Shown here one piece after another: positions 11,951 through 25,210 of a stretch of DNA of 64,000 nt (the stretch's first letter is position 1; the number at the start of each line of letters is the position of its first letter). Location of the stretch: contig NC_057710.1 in NCBI RefSeq assembly GCF_004010195.1, positions 106,952,896 through 107,016,895 of the forward strand, in the 5' to 3' direction. This stretch comes from Chiloscyllium plagiosum (taxonomy: Eukaryota). The notes under the pieces were generated by a model. The model searched no databases, was not told where the DNA came from, and worked only from the letters and a program-made list of their open reading frames with translations. The position numbers and the translations under genes are program-made.

Positions 11951-14154
11951 GCCTTGTACAGCTGCAGAAGAACCTCTTTGGTTCTATACTCAATCCCTCT
12001 TGTTATGCTATTAGCTTTCTTCACTACCTTCTGTACCTGCATGCTTGCCTTCATTGACTGGTGTACAAGAACACCCAGATCTTTGTACTGCCCCTTTACC
12101 TAACTTGGACTCCATTTAGGTAGTAATCTGCCTTCCTGTTCTTGCCACCAAAGTGGATAACCATACATTTATCCACATTAAACTGCATCTGCCATGCATC
12201 TGACCACTCACCTAACCTGTCCAGGTCACCCTGTAATCTCCTAACATCCTCCTCACATTTCACCCTGCCACCAAACTTTGTATCATCAGCAAATTTGCTA
12301 ATGTTACTATTAATACCATCTTCTATATCATTAATATATATTGTAAAAAGCTGCGGTCCCAGCACTGATCCCTGCGGTACCCCACTGCCATTCCGAAAGG
12401 GAGCCGGTTATCACTACTGTTTCCTGTCAGCCAACCAATTTTCAATCTGAGTTAGTACTTTGCCCCCAATACCATGCGCCCTAATTTTGCTCACTAACCT
12501 ATGTGGGACTTTGTCAAAAGCTTTCTGGAAGTCCAGGTACACTACATCCACTGGATCTCTCTTGTCCATCTTCAGAGTTAAATCCTCAAGGAAATTCTAG
12601 AAGATTAGTCAAGCATGATTTCACCTTCATAAAGCTATCCTGTTACTGCTATCCAGATATGTCATAATTTCATCCTTTATAATTGACTCCAGCATCTTTC
12701 CCACCACTGAGGTCAGACTAACTGGTCTATAATTTCCTGCTTTCTCTCACTCCTTTCTTAAAAAGTGATACAACATTAGCCACCCACCAATCTGCAGGAA
12801 CTGATCCTGAATCTATCGAACTCTGGAAAATAATCACCAACGCATCCACGATTTCTAGAGCCACCTCCTTTAGTACCCTGGGATGTAGACCATCAGGCTC
12901 TGGGGACTTATCAGCCTTCAGACCTAGCAGTCTCTCCAACACCAATTCAGCTGTGATTAGTTGAATGACAGAGTTCAGAAGCTGAAAGGTCTACCCTGCT
13001 CCTAATTTGGAGGTTTCGATGTTAGTGTTTAATTTAGAAGAAAACTTGAAGGTCATTGATTAGCTGCCAATTTGTCACAGAAATAGAAATCTGTTGAGCT
13101 ACAAGTTTATTAACCGAATGCAAATAATAATTCTATGCAAATCAATATCCTGCAGGGATCCAACCTTTTTAAAACTTACACATTTCAGATAGCTTGCAAG
13201 GAATTTTAGAATCTGCAAGTGTACTCAATTGTACTTCTGAAATTAACTTGAATTGGCTTGCGGGTGACCATGATTAAGCATTCTATGCCTGATAACTCAT
13301 GTTATCATTTAAAAACACAGGATTATATTATTACTTTAAGAAAATGGGAAAAATCTTGACCCAAGTGTAAGATCTACAAAACTGAACATTAAGAATCAGT
13401 GGAAGAGTGCAAGAAGCAACATATACTTGGAAATGAGAATGCCAAGGAAAGCTAGGTCAATACAGATGTGCATTGTATCTGAAGGGCAGAGCTTGGGTAC
13501 CTAGCTGCGCACTGATCTCTGCATACATTGATTTGCTCACAGACCCATTACTAATGCACTACTTTGTATGAGTTTGAGTGTATGCTGTAATGACATAGGC
13601 AGTACACATGAAGCAAGCACAATCAGCCCAATTCATCCTACAAAATCTTATTCACTTAATTCTGACAACTTGCACCAAAATTGAGAACTATCCAAAGACT
13701 AGGTGAGCAAGAGATCATCATACTCACCACGATCATATCTTTCAGCATGTCCCACACTCCATCACCCACCAGGTATGCCCTGTTCCACCAGTGATAAAGA
13801 CCCACCACTGAGTGTTTTTGGGAGTTTGAGTATAAACTGCAGAGTTGTTGACACCAAATATTACAAAAAGGGACAATCAGCCCAATCAAGCTTAAAATCC
13901 TGTTCATGCACATCTGGGATCTTGTGTCCATGCAGTCATCAACACTGACTCAGGACTTCATGAACTCTCATGCAGTCAGGTGAACTATGCTCAAGGAAAA
14001 ATCTGACAGATTATAACCTTCCACCCTTTCTTGTCTGATGAACCAATATTCCATTTAAACACAACTGAAAAGGACAAGAACAAAGAATGCACTCTGGATT
14101 AAAAACTTTAGCGACCACAAGAGTGGCTCAGTAGCATCACTACTGACTGAACCA

Positions 14155-14503
14155 TAGAATCAAAGAGGTGTACAGCACGATTAACAGACCTTTTGGTCCA
14201 ATTTATGCATGCCAACCAGATATTCTACCCTAATCTGGTCCCATTTTCCAGCACTTGGCTTATATCCCTCTAAACCCTTCCTATTCCGATACCCTTTTAA
14301 GTGTTGTAATTGTACCAGCACCCACTACTTCCTCTGGCAGCTCATTCCATACACGCACCACCCTCTATGTGAAAAGGTTGCCCGTTTGGTGCCTTTTAAA
14401 TCTCCTCTCCGCCCTGCCCATCCCCCCCTCACCTTAAACCTACGCCCTCTAGTTTTGGACTCCCCATCTCAGGGAAAAGACCTTATCTATTTACCCTACT
14501 CAT
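14155..14503 (-). mobile_element. CR1/HER1 LINE 3' end
   Basis: Typical reverse 3' end (cccatttcccagcacttggc..taaacccttcctatt..accctct). Confidence 0.8.
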
Positions 14504-14860
14504 GAATAAAAAAAGAATAATTCTGCCAGACTTGGACTATGGCAGGTAATGAGAGAAGCAGCAAAACAGAAAAATGTTATTTCATCTCAACCTCACTAAT
14601 TTCATGTACCACAAATACCTCTGGCAGTATTGGTAGGTGTAACCAATATACAGTAGAGACAAAGTCCTATATTGACAGTGAAGGGAACATCCACTGTAAA
14701 AGGTAGCATTAACACTGTGCTACACAGGAAGGATTAAGACCACTTATAGCAGCTCAAAACTGAGAAACAATGAAGTGCTCCCAGCTATCAACATCAGCAT
14801 TGTATTTAACCACAATCTGTAAATTCGTGACCAAACATATACCTCACCTGACAACCAAGG

Positions 14861-15600
14861 TTAAAAGATAAAAAAAGACTGCAGATGCTGGAGTCCAAAA
14901 TAGACAGGTAGGAGGGCTGGCAGGACACAGAAGCTAGGCAGCATCAGTGGTCGAGAAGTTGATGTTTCGGGTGAAACTCTTCTTCCGGACTTGGGGGGTG
15001 GTGAAGATGGGATAGGTGAAGACAAGTAGAAAGTATGACCTGGTTGGCCAATGGGAGGAATGAATCCGGTTGGTGGCAGGGAGCAGTGGGAGGGATGGAG
15101 AGGAGCTCAGTGAGCCATAAACTTAGGGAGCAGTTCACTGAACATCACAGCCAGGGCCACAGGGGCTGACTAAACCTCCCAGTCACTGCCCATTTCGATT
15201 CCCCCAACCGCTCCCTTTCCTTGACCTCCCCATTGCCAAAACAAATCACAGCGCAAATTGAGGGAACACCACCTCATCTTCCGCCTGGGCAGCCTACAGC
15301 CCGGAGGATTCAACATGGAGTTCGCCAATTTCAAGTAATCTCCCTCCCTATCCTGACTCCGTTCCAGCCCCTCCCCATCCTTCCATAATTCCCATCATTC
15401 CTGGAATTGACCAACCAGGTCGTATCCTCTACCCGTCTTTACCAATCCCCACTTCACCACCCTGCCCCCCACCTCCCCCGTTATCTGCAGCTTCCCCAAC
15501 ACTTACCCCCAGTCCTGAAGAAGGTTGACACCCAAAACAAACTTCTCCACCTCCTAATGCTGCCTGGCTTGCTATGTTCTTCCAGCCTCCTGTCCACCTT
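14861..15600 (+). mobile_element. Penelope-like element: GIY-YIG C-terminus flanked by inverted pseudo-LTRs (family B)
   Basis: EHHLIFRLGSLQPGGFNMEF (PLE endonuclease tail); inverted arms 14900-15090 vs 15360-15600; direct repeat acaaccaagg at 14851-14860 and 15601-15610 (TSD). Confidence 0.85.
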
Positions 15601-16038
15601 ACAACCAAGGCAGTGCCAACTGCATTTCAGGGAGTGTAGGAAAGCATGTAATGAGCATCAACAAGCATACCAAAAAGTGGGGCACCAACTTGATGAAACT
15701 ACAACACAAGACTTTACGCTTGCTAAATCACAGCAGCAGTATTTCATCAACAGACCTAAGCATGGCACTATTTGATAAAACACTGCTATCCAGCAACACA
15801 CTTACTACAAAATGGATCATTTTGTCCATGAGCCAATTGCAGTTTGCTAGGGGTTATAAAATAATCAGGTATTCGTTAGAGTGGCTCCATTTGTAAAGCA
15901 AAATAGTAGTTGCAAAGTATTTTACAACAACCCCGGAGCATTACAAGACAATAGAAATGCAAACTCTATCTTTTCTTTCTGGATAAACAACAAGCACAAT
16001 CACAAAACATATCACAAATTCAGTTCCTAAGCAACTCA

Positions 16039-16182
<144 letters not shown>

Positions 16183-16627
16183 TCAAGCAAGAGTTAAATC
16201 TTCACAATAGATTTCTATAGACTGCAAAAATAGGTGTGCATAAAAATTCATTTTTAACTTGGTATAAAATTTGCAAATATGACATTAGTTTTTGAAGAAA
16301 AAAATTTTTCTTCAATAAGACTTAAAATACTTCAAGAGTCATAAACACAGATTGAAATTGCCACTGAGTATTTAAAGGTCACAGAAGAAACTAATGTTAA
16401 ATTAAGTGATTTACTCAAAAGGCAAAAACAAATTTGATAGACATCATTTCACATTTCTCAATCTATGTTATCAACTATACCCAAAGTAATTCCATGCCCA
16501 AAGCACAAAAAATTTCAAAGAATGAAATGCACTCAATATGCACAATAGTAGAAATAAGGTTTCATAAGTATATTGAGCTATTTCGATAGACTTCATATAA
16601 CAGTCACCACAGAAAATTTAGATATTT

Positions 16628-16755
16628 CATAGAGTTAGAGAGATGTACAGCATGGAAATAGACCCTTCAGTCCACCTTGTCTGTGCCGACCAGATATCCG
16701 AACCCAATCCAGTCCCACCTACCAGAACCTGGTCCATGTCCCTCCAAACTCTTCG
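16628..16755 (-). mobile_element. Short CR1/HER1 3' tail in RBPJ intron 2
   Basis: catagagttagagagatgtacagcatggaaatagacccttcagtcc, the same tail as the other copies. Confidence 0.75.
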
Positions 16756-16969
16756 AAATTGGTTGGGTATAACTTTGGTCCCCAGTATTAAACTTATAAC
16801 ATTAAAGTGCAAATCATTTTTGCAGTTTTTCCCCACGTATTTTAAACTGTAACCCAAGCTGTATGTTCTGTTGCAACACAATAATGTAACTGTGAAGCGG
16901 TCGGTGGAATTTTTGTCTTTAAACTAAAATTATAGTGATGCACAACACACCGACGTCACAGAACCTTAC

Positions 16970-17008
16970 CTGGTAAGGCGTTTGGGTTGAGGTCGCTCCC
17001 CAAATTTC
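16970..17008 (-). CDS. RBPJ: RBPJ coding exon 2 (39 nt)
   Basis: tttgctttgcAG|G AAA TTT GGG GAG CGA CCT CAA CCC AAA CGC CTT ACC AG|GTAAGG = (G)KFGERPQPKRLT(R). Canonical splice sites, phase 2-2. Confidence 0.96.
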
Positions 17009-17844
17009 CTGCAAAGCAAACATTTAAAAAGCGCATTAATAAATTGTAAATCCAAATTTCAAAACTGCTACAACTGTCACCAAGAACATTTCTCTCTATC
17101 CAAAAACACCCCTCACCCCATAAACGAGTATATATTTTTCTTGCCATCAGGACCCAAAGCCAAATTTTATCCATCTAATTTTCCAAGATTTTCCTCTTAA
17201 ATTCATGTCTCAACCTTCCTTAGTAACAAATCTGGCACAATTCAAAGCTGCAGATAGTCTAAGCTCCATAAATTTCAAGCCAGGTAACCCACTCGAATCT
17301 CAAACTGAATTATTACTTTATACAAAATAAACTTAAATACTACTTCACAATACTGGACTAACAAGACGCAAACAGGGCACGAACACTACATAACTAAATA
17401 ATCTGCCAACACCTACTGATCAACCTAATTTTATTGTGACTTGATTCTGCAAAGTGATTAGGTAAAAAGTAGGCTGAGATGACAAGTTCAAATAGTCAAA
17501 TTAAGAATTGATGTTTTGCCACACTTGCAGTGAACAGACTCAAATGGAGTTCTACATTTTGGGCATTACATCTCCAAGGGTCACAGCTACAGACCAAATA
17601 TGGGTAGAGTGTTCAGATAGAGATCAGTCATGGGCCAAATAAATTGGGATAAAGCCTCTTATGTCTTGCTCCCTTTTGTATGAGATTAGGAATATCAACT
17701 CCACAAATGGAGTAAAGTATAGAATAGATCCAATAAAGCTAATAAACACAAAAATCCTTGAATTCTTATATAGCTGCATATACCATAACATCAAGATAGA
17801 CATGAAAGGGGATGATAAAGCTCATTTTATCTCTGCCTTGGTTC

Positions 17845-18220
17845 ACTTACATACTCTGGACCTGAACTGCAAGGTTAGAGGTTTAAACCTTACTCTAGAT
17901 ATTTAATTTTTCATTTGAATGCAGGAGTAAAATGCGCTGCACTGCTAAACATACCTTCTTCTAGATGTGATTTTAAAACTGTGGCAACACCTGCCCCTCA
18001 AGGGATTGTAAAAGATCCCATAACATCATGAGAAGTTTGTCAAAGTTAATTTAAGATTATCTAAAGCTCATTTTTTGCCTTTTTTGCTATAACGGGTACC
18101 ATGTGGTGAGCAAATCAGTGTCTATGCTGCTTTATATTTCAAAGAATTGGGTTTCAAAGTACCCCTATTAGCAAAGTGGTTTGGGGTGACCTGACACCAC
18201 TCAGATACAAGTCTATTATT
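17845..18220 (+). mobile_element. Ancient DeuSINE-like SINE (Deu domain), degraded
   Basis: gctgcactg..ttctagatgtga.tttaaa..gtaaaagatcccat resembles the Deu core. Further relics at ~29800-29990 (+) and ~44085-44240 (-). Confidence 0.55.
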
Positions 18221-18951
18221 CCTTCCAAAGCTATTCAAAGGCATGATTTTTTTTGTAATTTTAGTTTGCGAAGAACATACCAAAATCAATATTGCAATAT
18301 CTTCAGCTAGTATTAAAAAAATGCATATGGCTGCAAGAAAGCAACTGTAGAGATCAAAAATGGAGAAGGAGGATAACCATAATGCTGTGGTACGTATTTC
18401 TTCCCCGTGGAAATTTCTTGAAGAATTAGGTTCAATTTTCAGAAGATTTGTTTTACTAAGTAAATTTTATATATTTGCATTAAAATGAATGCAGATCTTA
18501 TGCAAATCAGCATTTAAGAAGTAATTTTCCAAATGGGATCCTACAAAGAAAGTACACTATCAATTCTACATCAACTGATTGAGGTTTTATTTTGGAACTG
18601 CCTCTATTGTTCCAGAGGCTTCAAATCTGCTAAGTCTCTTAGCAATTTACAACTAAAATAAGGCCAAATTCTAATTTTACTGTGTAACCAGCTGCTGCAA
18701 ACATAAGACCATGTTACTGCACTCCAGTTGGGACATGGGAAGATTGGATAATCATGAGTGAGGGAGAATTAAATGACGAGATACATAGTATGGGTAGCAA
18801 GACATGCAATTCAAACATCACTTGTACTTTATTATCAACATTTGTCCATTGGTATTGAAAAGCTGCTCATTTACACAAGGATTATTTTAAAACACAAGCT
18901 ACAATGGCAGTGTTTCAAATTACAATATCAATAAGAACTTGCATTACATAG

Positions 18952-19124
18952 TTAAAAATCATAACACCAGGTTTTAAACCAACAGATTTATTTGGAAGCA
19001 ATAGCTGAAGAAGGAGCAGCCTTCTGAAAGCTAGTGCTTCCAAGTAAACCTGTTGGACTATAACCTGGTGTTGTGCGATTTTTAACTTTGCACACCACAG
19101 ACCAACACCAGCACCTCCAAATCA
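18952..19124 (+). mobile_element. Fold-back Penelope-derived mini element (family A) with hammerhead-like core
   Basis: ~55-bp inverted arms (gttaaaaatc..aacaccagg / cctggtgtt..gatttttaac); CTGAAGA 19005-19011 and GAAA 19026-19029; 13-bp TSD ttgcattacatag at 18939-18951 and 19125-19137. Confidence 0.8.
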
Positions 19125-19889
19125 TTGCATTACATAGGATTTCTGGTTTAGAATAGAATACTTCACTAACAATGAAGTCAACTGGTGGGAAAAATAGATT
19201 AAGAAGTTAGTTAAAAGTTTGGCAGCACAGTGGCTCAGTGGTCAGTATTGCTGCTTCACAGCATCAGAGACTGACTTGCTTCCACAATGTAGGGATTCCA
19301 TGATGTGAAAAAGACACGGGAAACGAGAATGCAGAATATTTCAGGAAGAAGTGACATTCCTTCCAAGTAGCTTTATTGTACAGAAAAGCATGGTCTTTAC
19401 TGGTTATCGGATTCTCTATTATGAACTTTAACCTATCCCTGACCACATTTCCTCCTGGCACCAGGTCTATCCTTCTTCTAAACTTCCTCGCTTTCTACCT
19501 CCTGCATTTCCTACAATTCAAATTGATCCTGTCAACAGCATTTGAGCTATTTTCATCTCTGTAACCAATTCCTCATATCTGTGTAAATCAGTACTTTTTC
19601 CACTTTGCTGCTTTTTTGTTGTGCAATTTAACTACTTGAATAATTTAGGTTGGAGGCTCTCTGCAACTATCATATTTTGGGATTCCCTTGTTAATGCTTG
19701 AAAGATCCAGTGCTGAAGGTCAGTTGAAAGACAAATAATCAATTAAAAGCAGAAAATGGCTAAAACAGATGAAGTGCCAGTAAATTCATGATAGTAAAAT
19801 ACAAAACCAATGGCCATTGCAGACCTCTTCTTAATTCCAATATGAAAATATAGCACTGAATGAAAATGTGCATAATTCAAGCTGTACTC

Positions 19890-21110
19890 AAATACTATTT
19901 AAGAAAGGTGGTAAGGAAAGCCAAGGAACTGTAGACTGGTAAGCCTGACATCGGCAAGTGGGCAAGTGGTTGGAGGGAATCCTGAGGGATGGGACTTGCA
20001 TGTATTTGGAAAGACAAGGACTAATTAGAGATAGTGAACATGGCTTTGTGCATGGGAAATCATGTCTCATGAACTTGATTAGTTTCCTGAAGTAACAATG
20101 AAGAGCTGTGAGCAAAATCATTTTGGAGTTCAGTACAGCTTTTGCCATTTATATAAACCTCTATGGATATGTATGGATGTGAACACAGAAGGTATAGCTA
20201 AGTTTGCAGGTGACACCAAAATAGTGGACAGTGATGAAAGTTACAGAGTACAACAAAATCTTGATCAGATAGGCCAATGAGCGACAGATGGAGTTTCATT
20301 TACATATAAGAGGTCCAGCATTTTGGAAAAGCAAATCTTAGCCGGACTTATACACTTAATGGTAAGGACCTGGGCAGTGCTGCTGAACAAAAAAGACTCG
20401 AGTGTGTGTTCATAGTTCCTTAAAAGTGGAGTCGCAGGTAGACAGGGATAGTGAATGTAGCATTTGGTATGCTTTCCTTTATTGGATTCAGCATTGGAGT
20501 ATAGGAGTTGGGAGGTCACGTTCAGCTTGAACAGGACATTAGTTAGGTCACTTTTGGAATACTGTGTGCAATTCTGGTCTCCCTCCTATTGGAAAGATGT
20601 TGCCACCGCATGGGTGGCACGGTGGTACAGTGGTTAGCACTGCTGCCTCACAGCGCCAGAGACCCGGGTTCAATTCCCGCCTTAGGTGACTGACTGTGTA
20701 GAGTTTGCACATTCTCCCCGTGTCTGCGTGGGTTTCCTCCGGGTGCTCCGGTTTCCTCCCACAGTCCAAAGATGTGCCGGTCAGGTGAATTGGCCATGCT
20801 AAATTGCCCGTAGTGTTAGGTAAGGGGTAAAAATGTAGGGGTATGGGTGAGTTGCGCTTTGGCGGGGCGGTGTGGACTTGTTGGGCCGCAGGGCCTGTTT
20901 CCACACTGCAAGTAATCTAATCTAATGTTGTGAAACTTGAAAGGATTCAGAAAAGATTTACAAGGATGTTGCCAGGGTTGGAGGGTTTAGGCTACAGGGA
21001 GAGGGTGAATAGGCTTGGGCTGTTTGCCCTGGCTGAGGGGTGACCTTATAGACGTTTATAAATTCATAAGGGACATGGACAAGGTCTTTTCACTGGATTT
21101 GGAGAGTCAG
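19890..21110 (+). mobile_element. CR1/HER1 LINE RT fragment
   Basis: Decayed RPVSLT, HGFVHGKSCL, KFAGDTK and YCVQFWSP motifs. Confidence 0.85.
20603..20924 (+). mobile_element. HE1-type V-SINE (tRNA-derived), full length
   Basis: A box (tggtacagtggttag), B box (ggttcaattccc), V domain gagtttgcacattctccccgtgtctgcgtgggtttcctcc, (taatc)n tail; TSD atgttg at 20597-20602 and 20925-20930. Confidence 0.93.
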
Positions 21111-21114
21111 GAAA

Positions 21115-21385
21115 TGGAGGACATAGCTTTCTTCCATTGGGCAGAAGATACAAAAGTTTGCAAACACGTACCAAAGGATTCAAGACAGCTTCTTCCCCAC
21201 TTATGGAGACTTATGAATGGACCTCTCATATTAGAGCTTATCTTTCTCCACACCTTCTGTGTGGCTGGAACACTATATTCTGCATTGTGTTCTTTTGTAA
21301 AAGATACTTTGTCTGGATAGCATGCAAAACAATACTTTTCACTGTATCTCAGTTCATGTGACAACAACAAATTAAATCAAAATTA
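21115..21385 (+). mobile_element. Rex1/Babar-like LINE 3' end
   Basis: GRRYKSLQTRTKGFK.SFFP-type C-terminus with an (aaatc)-like tail. Confidence 0.6.
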
Positions 21386-22044
21386 AGTTGATATTAAATC
21401 CTGCTGGTTATCACTCATATTCCTTTGTTACAGTCTACTTCTGGAATTAAACCTGCGCTTATATTTGTTCAACATCATTGTAATTTCCTCAATCCGATGA
21501 ATTTCTCCTGCCTCTGCTTTTAAGTGGCCTACATTTACTTTAGCTATTCTCTTTTTATATACTCAAGTTCTCATTTATATATCTTTGTGTTTATAGCTAG
21601 TTTACTTTGATATTCTACTTTCTCCCTTTTTATTAACTCTTCGATAGCTGTTTTCTGGTTCCTAAAACATTTCCAAACCTCACACTTGTTACTTTTGTTT
21701 TATATCAGCTCTTCTCTTAAACACTATTCTTAACTTCCTGAGTTATGGATATGTCTTTCTCGCTGAATTATTTTTCAATGGAATGTATTTTAGCAAACTA
21801 AATTGGTCAAACTTCTATTTTATCTTCTTGGGACAGCAAAAAATTGTACAAATCAGTGTATTTGTAAAATGAACACTTCCCATCATTGAGGAATCAATAC
21901 AAATATTTCAAAGCAACTTGAAGTATAGGATGACTTACTTCCAAACTCTTATTCAATGTCATACCAAGAGTCACAAAATATTTAGGTTAATGGTAGTCAA
22001 TTTTCATGCAACCATAAAATCTAGAATAAACTTCATATTTCACC

Positions 22045-22960
22045 ACAGAATCATAAATTTACAGCACAAAAGGAATTCATTTCATCCAGTATGTTGGTGT
22101 AAGCCAAACAAGCCAGCTAGCCAAATTTCACTTTCTAGCACAAGTGCACAGCACTTATGGAAAGTGAAGTCATTTACCTTTTTCAGACAGTGAATTTGAA
22201 ACCTTCCATTACCTTGAGTCTGAAAGAATGTCATTTTAATGCTCTAATTCTTCTGCCTGCCACTTTAAATTCATATGACTGGTCAACTAACCACATTGCT
22301 ATTAGGATTAGGTCCTACTTATCTCTCTCACCCCTCAATTTTATGTACTTCAATTTACTAATATTTCATTTAGTTTTTGCAAACTCTTCCTGTTCTTATA
22401 ATCCATGTCCTTGATTAATAAACAAAAATATACGGTACATTCTGTCTACCTGACCTCTTACTTTCCAGATTCTGATGACTTGTACTCCAAGGTCCCTCTG
22501 CTTCCCAGTATCCTTTCATTTGTGCATTTCTTGTTCTTCCAAACCAATGTCACGGACTGAATTCTATTTGCCACTTTTTTGCCCACCAGACCAGTCCATT
22601 AATATCTACCCACAAAGTACAATTTTTGTATCATCTGTGATTACAATTACATTCTTTACATTTACATCTAAATGTCCTGAAAGCAACAGACAAGTATTGA
22701 CAACCTAGTCACAAAATGCATTGCCCACTTTCTACAACTGAGGCAATTTCAGATCCAATTTGACAGTCACTCTTGGATCCCATCAGCCTTAGTTTATTAA
22801 TATGCCATGTGTAACCTTGTCAAAATCCACAGATTCCATCAAAAATATTACCTCCTCAAAATTAAAAGAGGGTAGCAAGTAGAATCAAAGTAGTCAGAAA
22901 TAATCACCCCTGAACAAATTCAGGTTGACTGCCCTCTCTTAATTCATCTAAGTAAGCATT
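22045..22960 (-). mobile_element. Old degraded CR1 LINE fragment
   Basis: Reverse RT remnants (attctatttgccact, tttgtatcatctg, aaccttgtcaaa). Confidence 0.55.
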
Positions 22961-23101
22961 CAACTAATGAGAATGAGAATATCACTCTTGTGATGGTTCA
23001 CAGATCATTAAGTAACTGCAGCCCCTCTGTGGATCTAGATAGTGGTAATGCAGGAAACTTATTGAAACTACATCAGAATGGACCCAAGATATTATACATG
23101 A

Positions 23102-23408
23102 AGGGCAGCACAGTGGTTCACTGGATAGCACTGCTGCCTCTCAGCACCAGGGACCCAGGTCGATTCCTGGCTCGGGTGACTGCGTGGAGTTTGCACATTC
23201 TCCCCATGTCCGCGTGGGTTTACTCTGGGTGCTCCCGTTTCCTCCCACAATCCAAAACATGTGCAGGTCAGGTGAATTGGCCATGCTAAATTGCCCAATG
23301 TGTCAGGTGCATTAACGGGGGTAGAGGTAGGGAGATGGGTCAGGGTCACTGTGGACTTGTTGGGCGAAGGGCCTGTTTCCACACTGTAGTGAGTCAAACT
23401 AACCTAAT
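23102..23408 (+). mobile_element. HE1-type V-SINE
   Basis: Same head, V domain and tail as 20603-20924, more diverged. Confidence 0.9.
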
Positions 23409-23594
23409 TACTGATACTAAAAAGCAAATTCCGTCACTGACAGTTTCTACTAATTCAAAAACCACAATACAGATTATTGATTGGTTTCAAGTTTAGTTTA
23501 AGAACATTAGGTATAGACAGCACTATTGCTGCATATGTACCTTATAGAAGTCGCAAAATTATAGGCAAATATTCTCCAGGACACATTTTATCTC

Positions 23595-25210
23595 CAGTTG
23601 GGCAATATGACTTGATTTTGTAAGGGGAAGATCATTGCTAATAAATTTGACTGAGTTTTTTTGAGGTGGTGACTAGGTGTGTGGATGAGAGTAGTGCAGT
23701 TGCTGTAGTTTACACTGATTTCAGTAAAGTTTGTATCAAAGTCTCACATAGCAGACTGGTTAAGAAGCTAAAAGCCAGGGGATCCAGAACAATTTAGAAT
23801 CAAAACTGGCTTACCAGCAGGAAGTTGAGGGCGATGATGGAAGGGCATTTGTGTGACTGGAAGTCTGTACCAGAGATCAGTACTAGCTCCCTTGCATTTG
23901 TAGCGGATATTAATAATCTAGACATGAATACAAGAGGTATGATCAGATGACAAAAAAAATTGATGGTGTGGTAGATAGCAGGGAAAGCCTTCGACTACAG
24001 GACAATATAGATGAGCTGAAAATTCAACTGAGCAGCAAACTAAATTTAATCTCGAAAAGTGTTGGTGATGCATTTTGGGAGGACTAACAAGGCAAGGGAA
24101 TACACATTGAATAAAAGGACCCTAGGAAGTACAGCGGATGAGAAGAACATTGGTGTGCATGTCCACAGATGCTTGAAAGCAATAAGGTGAATAAGGGGGC
24201 ACATGGGATACTTGTCTTTATTAGTCAAGGCTTTGAACGCAATAGCAAGGTTATGATGGAACAGTATGTAACATCAGTTAAGTCACCATTGGAGTATTAT
24301 GTGTAGTTATGGTCACCAGGCGAGGAGGTGCTACGAGACTGTTTGAGATGGGTTGCAGAGGAAATTCTGCTGGATGTTGCCTGTGAAGTGTTTCAACTAT
24401 GGAGAGACACTGGATAGGCTGGCGTATTTTGCCTTAGAGCGGGGAAGGCTGAGGGAGGATCTGATTAAAATGTACAAAGTTCTAAGGTATATAGACAAAG
24501 TAGATGGGGTGAAGCTTTCCCATTAGACGAGGGATCAACAACCAGGGAGTTCAGTTTCAAGATAAGTGGTGAGTGGTTGAGACAGGATTTGATTGAAACT
24601 ATTTTCACCCAGAAGGCTACGGGTTCCTGGAACTTTATGTCTGAATGGATGATAGAGGTGGGAATTAGAACATAGAACTATACAGCACAGAACTGGCCCT
24701 TTGGCCCTCGATGTTGCACCGATCTATAAACTAATCTAAGCCTGTCCCCCAACACTATCCCATCATCATCCATATACTTACCCAAGGACTGTTTCAATGC
24801 TCCTAAAGTGGCTGAGTTAACTACATTGGCAGGCAGAGCATTCTACACCCTTACCACTCTGAGTAAAGATCCTGCCTCTGACATCTGTCTTTAATCTATC
24901 ACCCCTCAATTTGCAGCTCTGCCCGCTCATTCAAGACAACGTCATCATCCTAAGAAAAGACTCTTCACTGTCTAACCCATGTAATCCTCTGATCATCCTG
25001 TATGTCTATTAAATCCCCTCTTAGCCGCCTTCTCCCCAATTAGAGCAGACATAGGTCCCTCAACCTTTCCTGATAATTGAAACATCTAGCCTACAGAGCT
25101 ACAAGCCAAGAAATGGAAAATGGGATTAAAATCGATGGATGCCTGAAGACCAGCACAGACACGATGGGCTGAAGGATCTTTCTGTACTGCAAATACTTTA
25201 TGACTTTACA
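23595..25210 (+). mobile_element. CR1 LINE RT/3' region with a nested antisense CR1 3' end (~24666-25075)
   Basis: Decayed RT motifs; the nested piece begins with (agaacat)n and resembles 8172-8625. Confidence 0.8.

Larger units (their letters stand above)
10925..12948 (-). mobile_element. Young CR1 LINE (same subfamily as 2986-4852), interrupted by an LTR-like insert and a gap
   Basis: ORFs 12727-12945(-), 12096-12365(-, FADD) and 11094-11282(-); (agacaat)n tail. Confidence 0.95.

Noticed and set aside
20612-20685. tRNA-like A/B boxes (also 23102, 57760, 54145)
   Set aside because: SINE/LINE heads continuous with repeat bodies, not tRNA genes.
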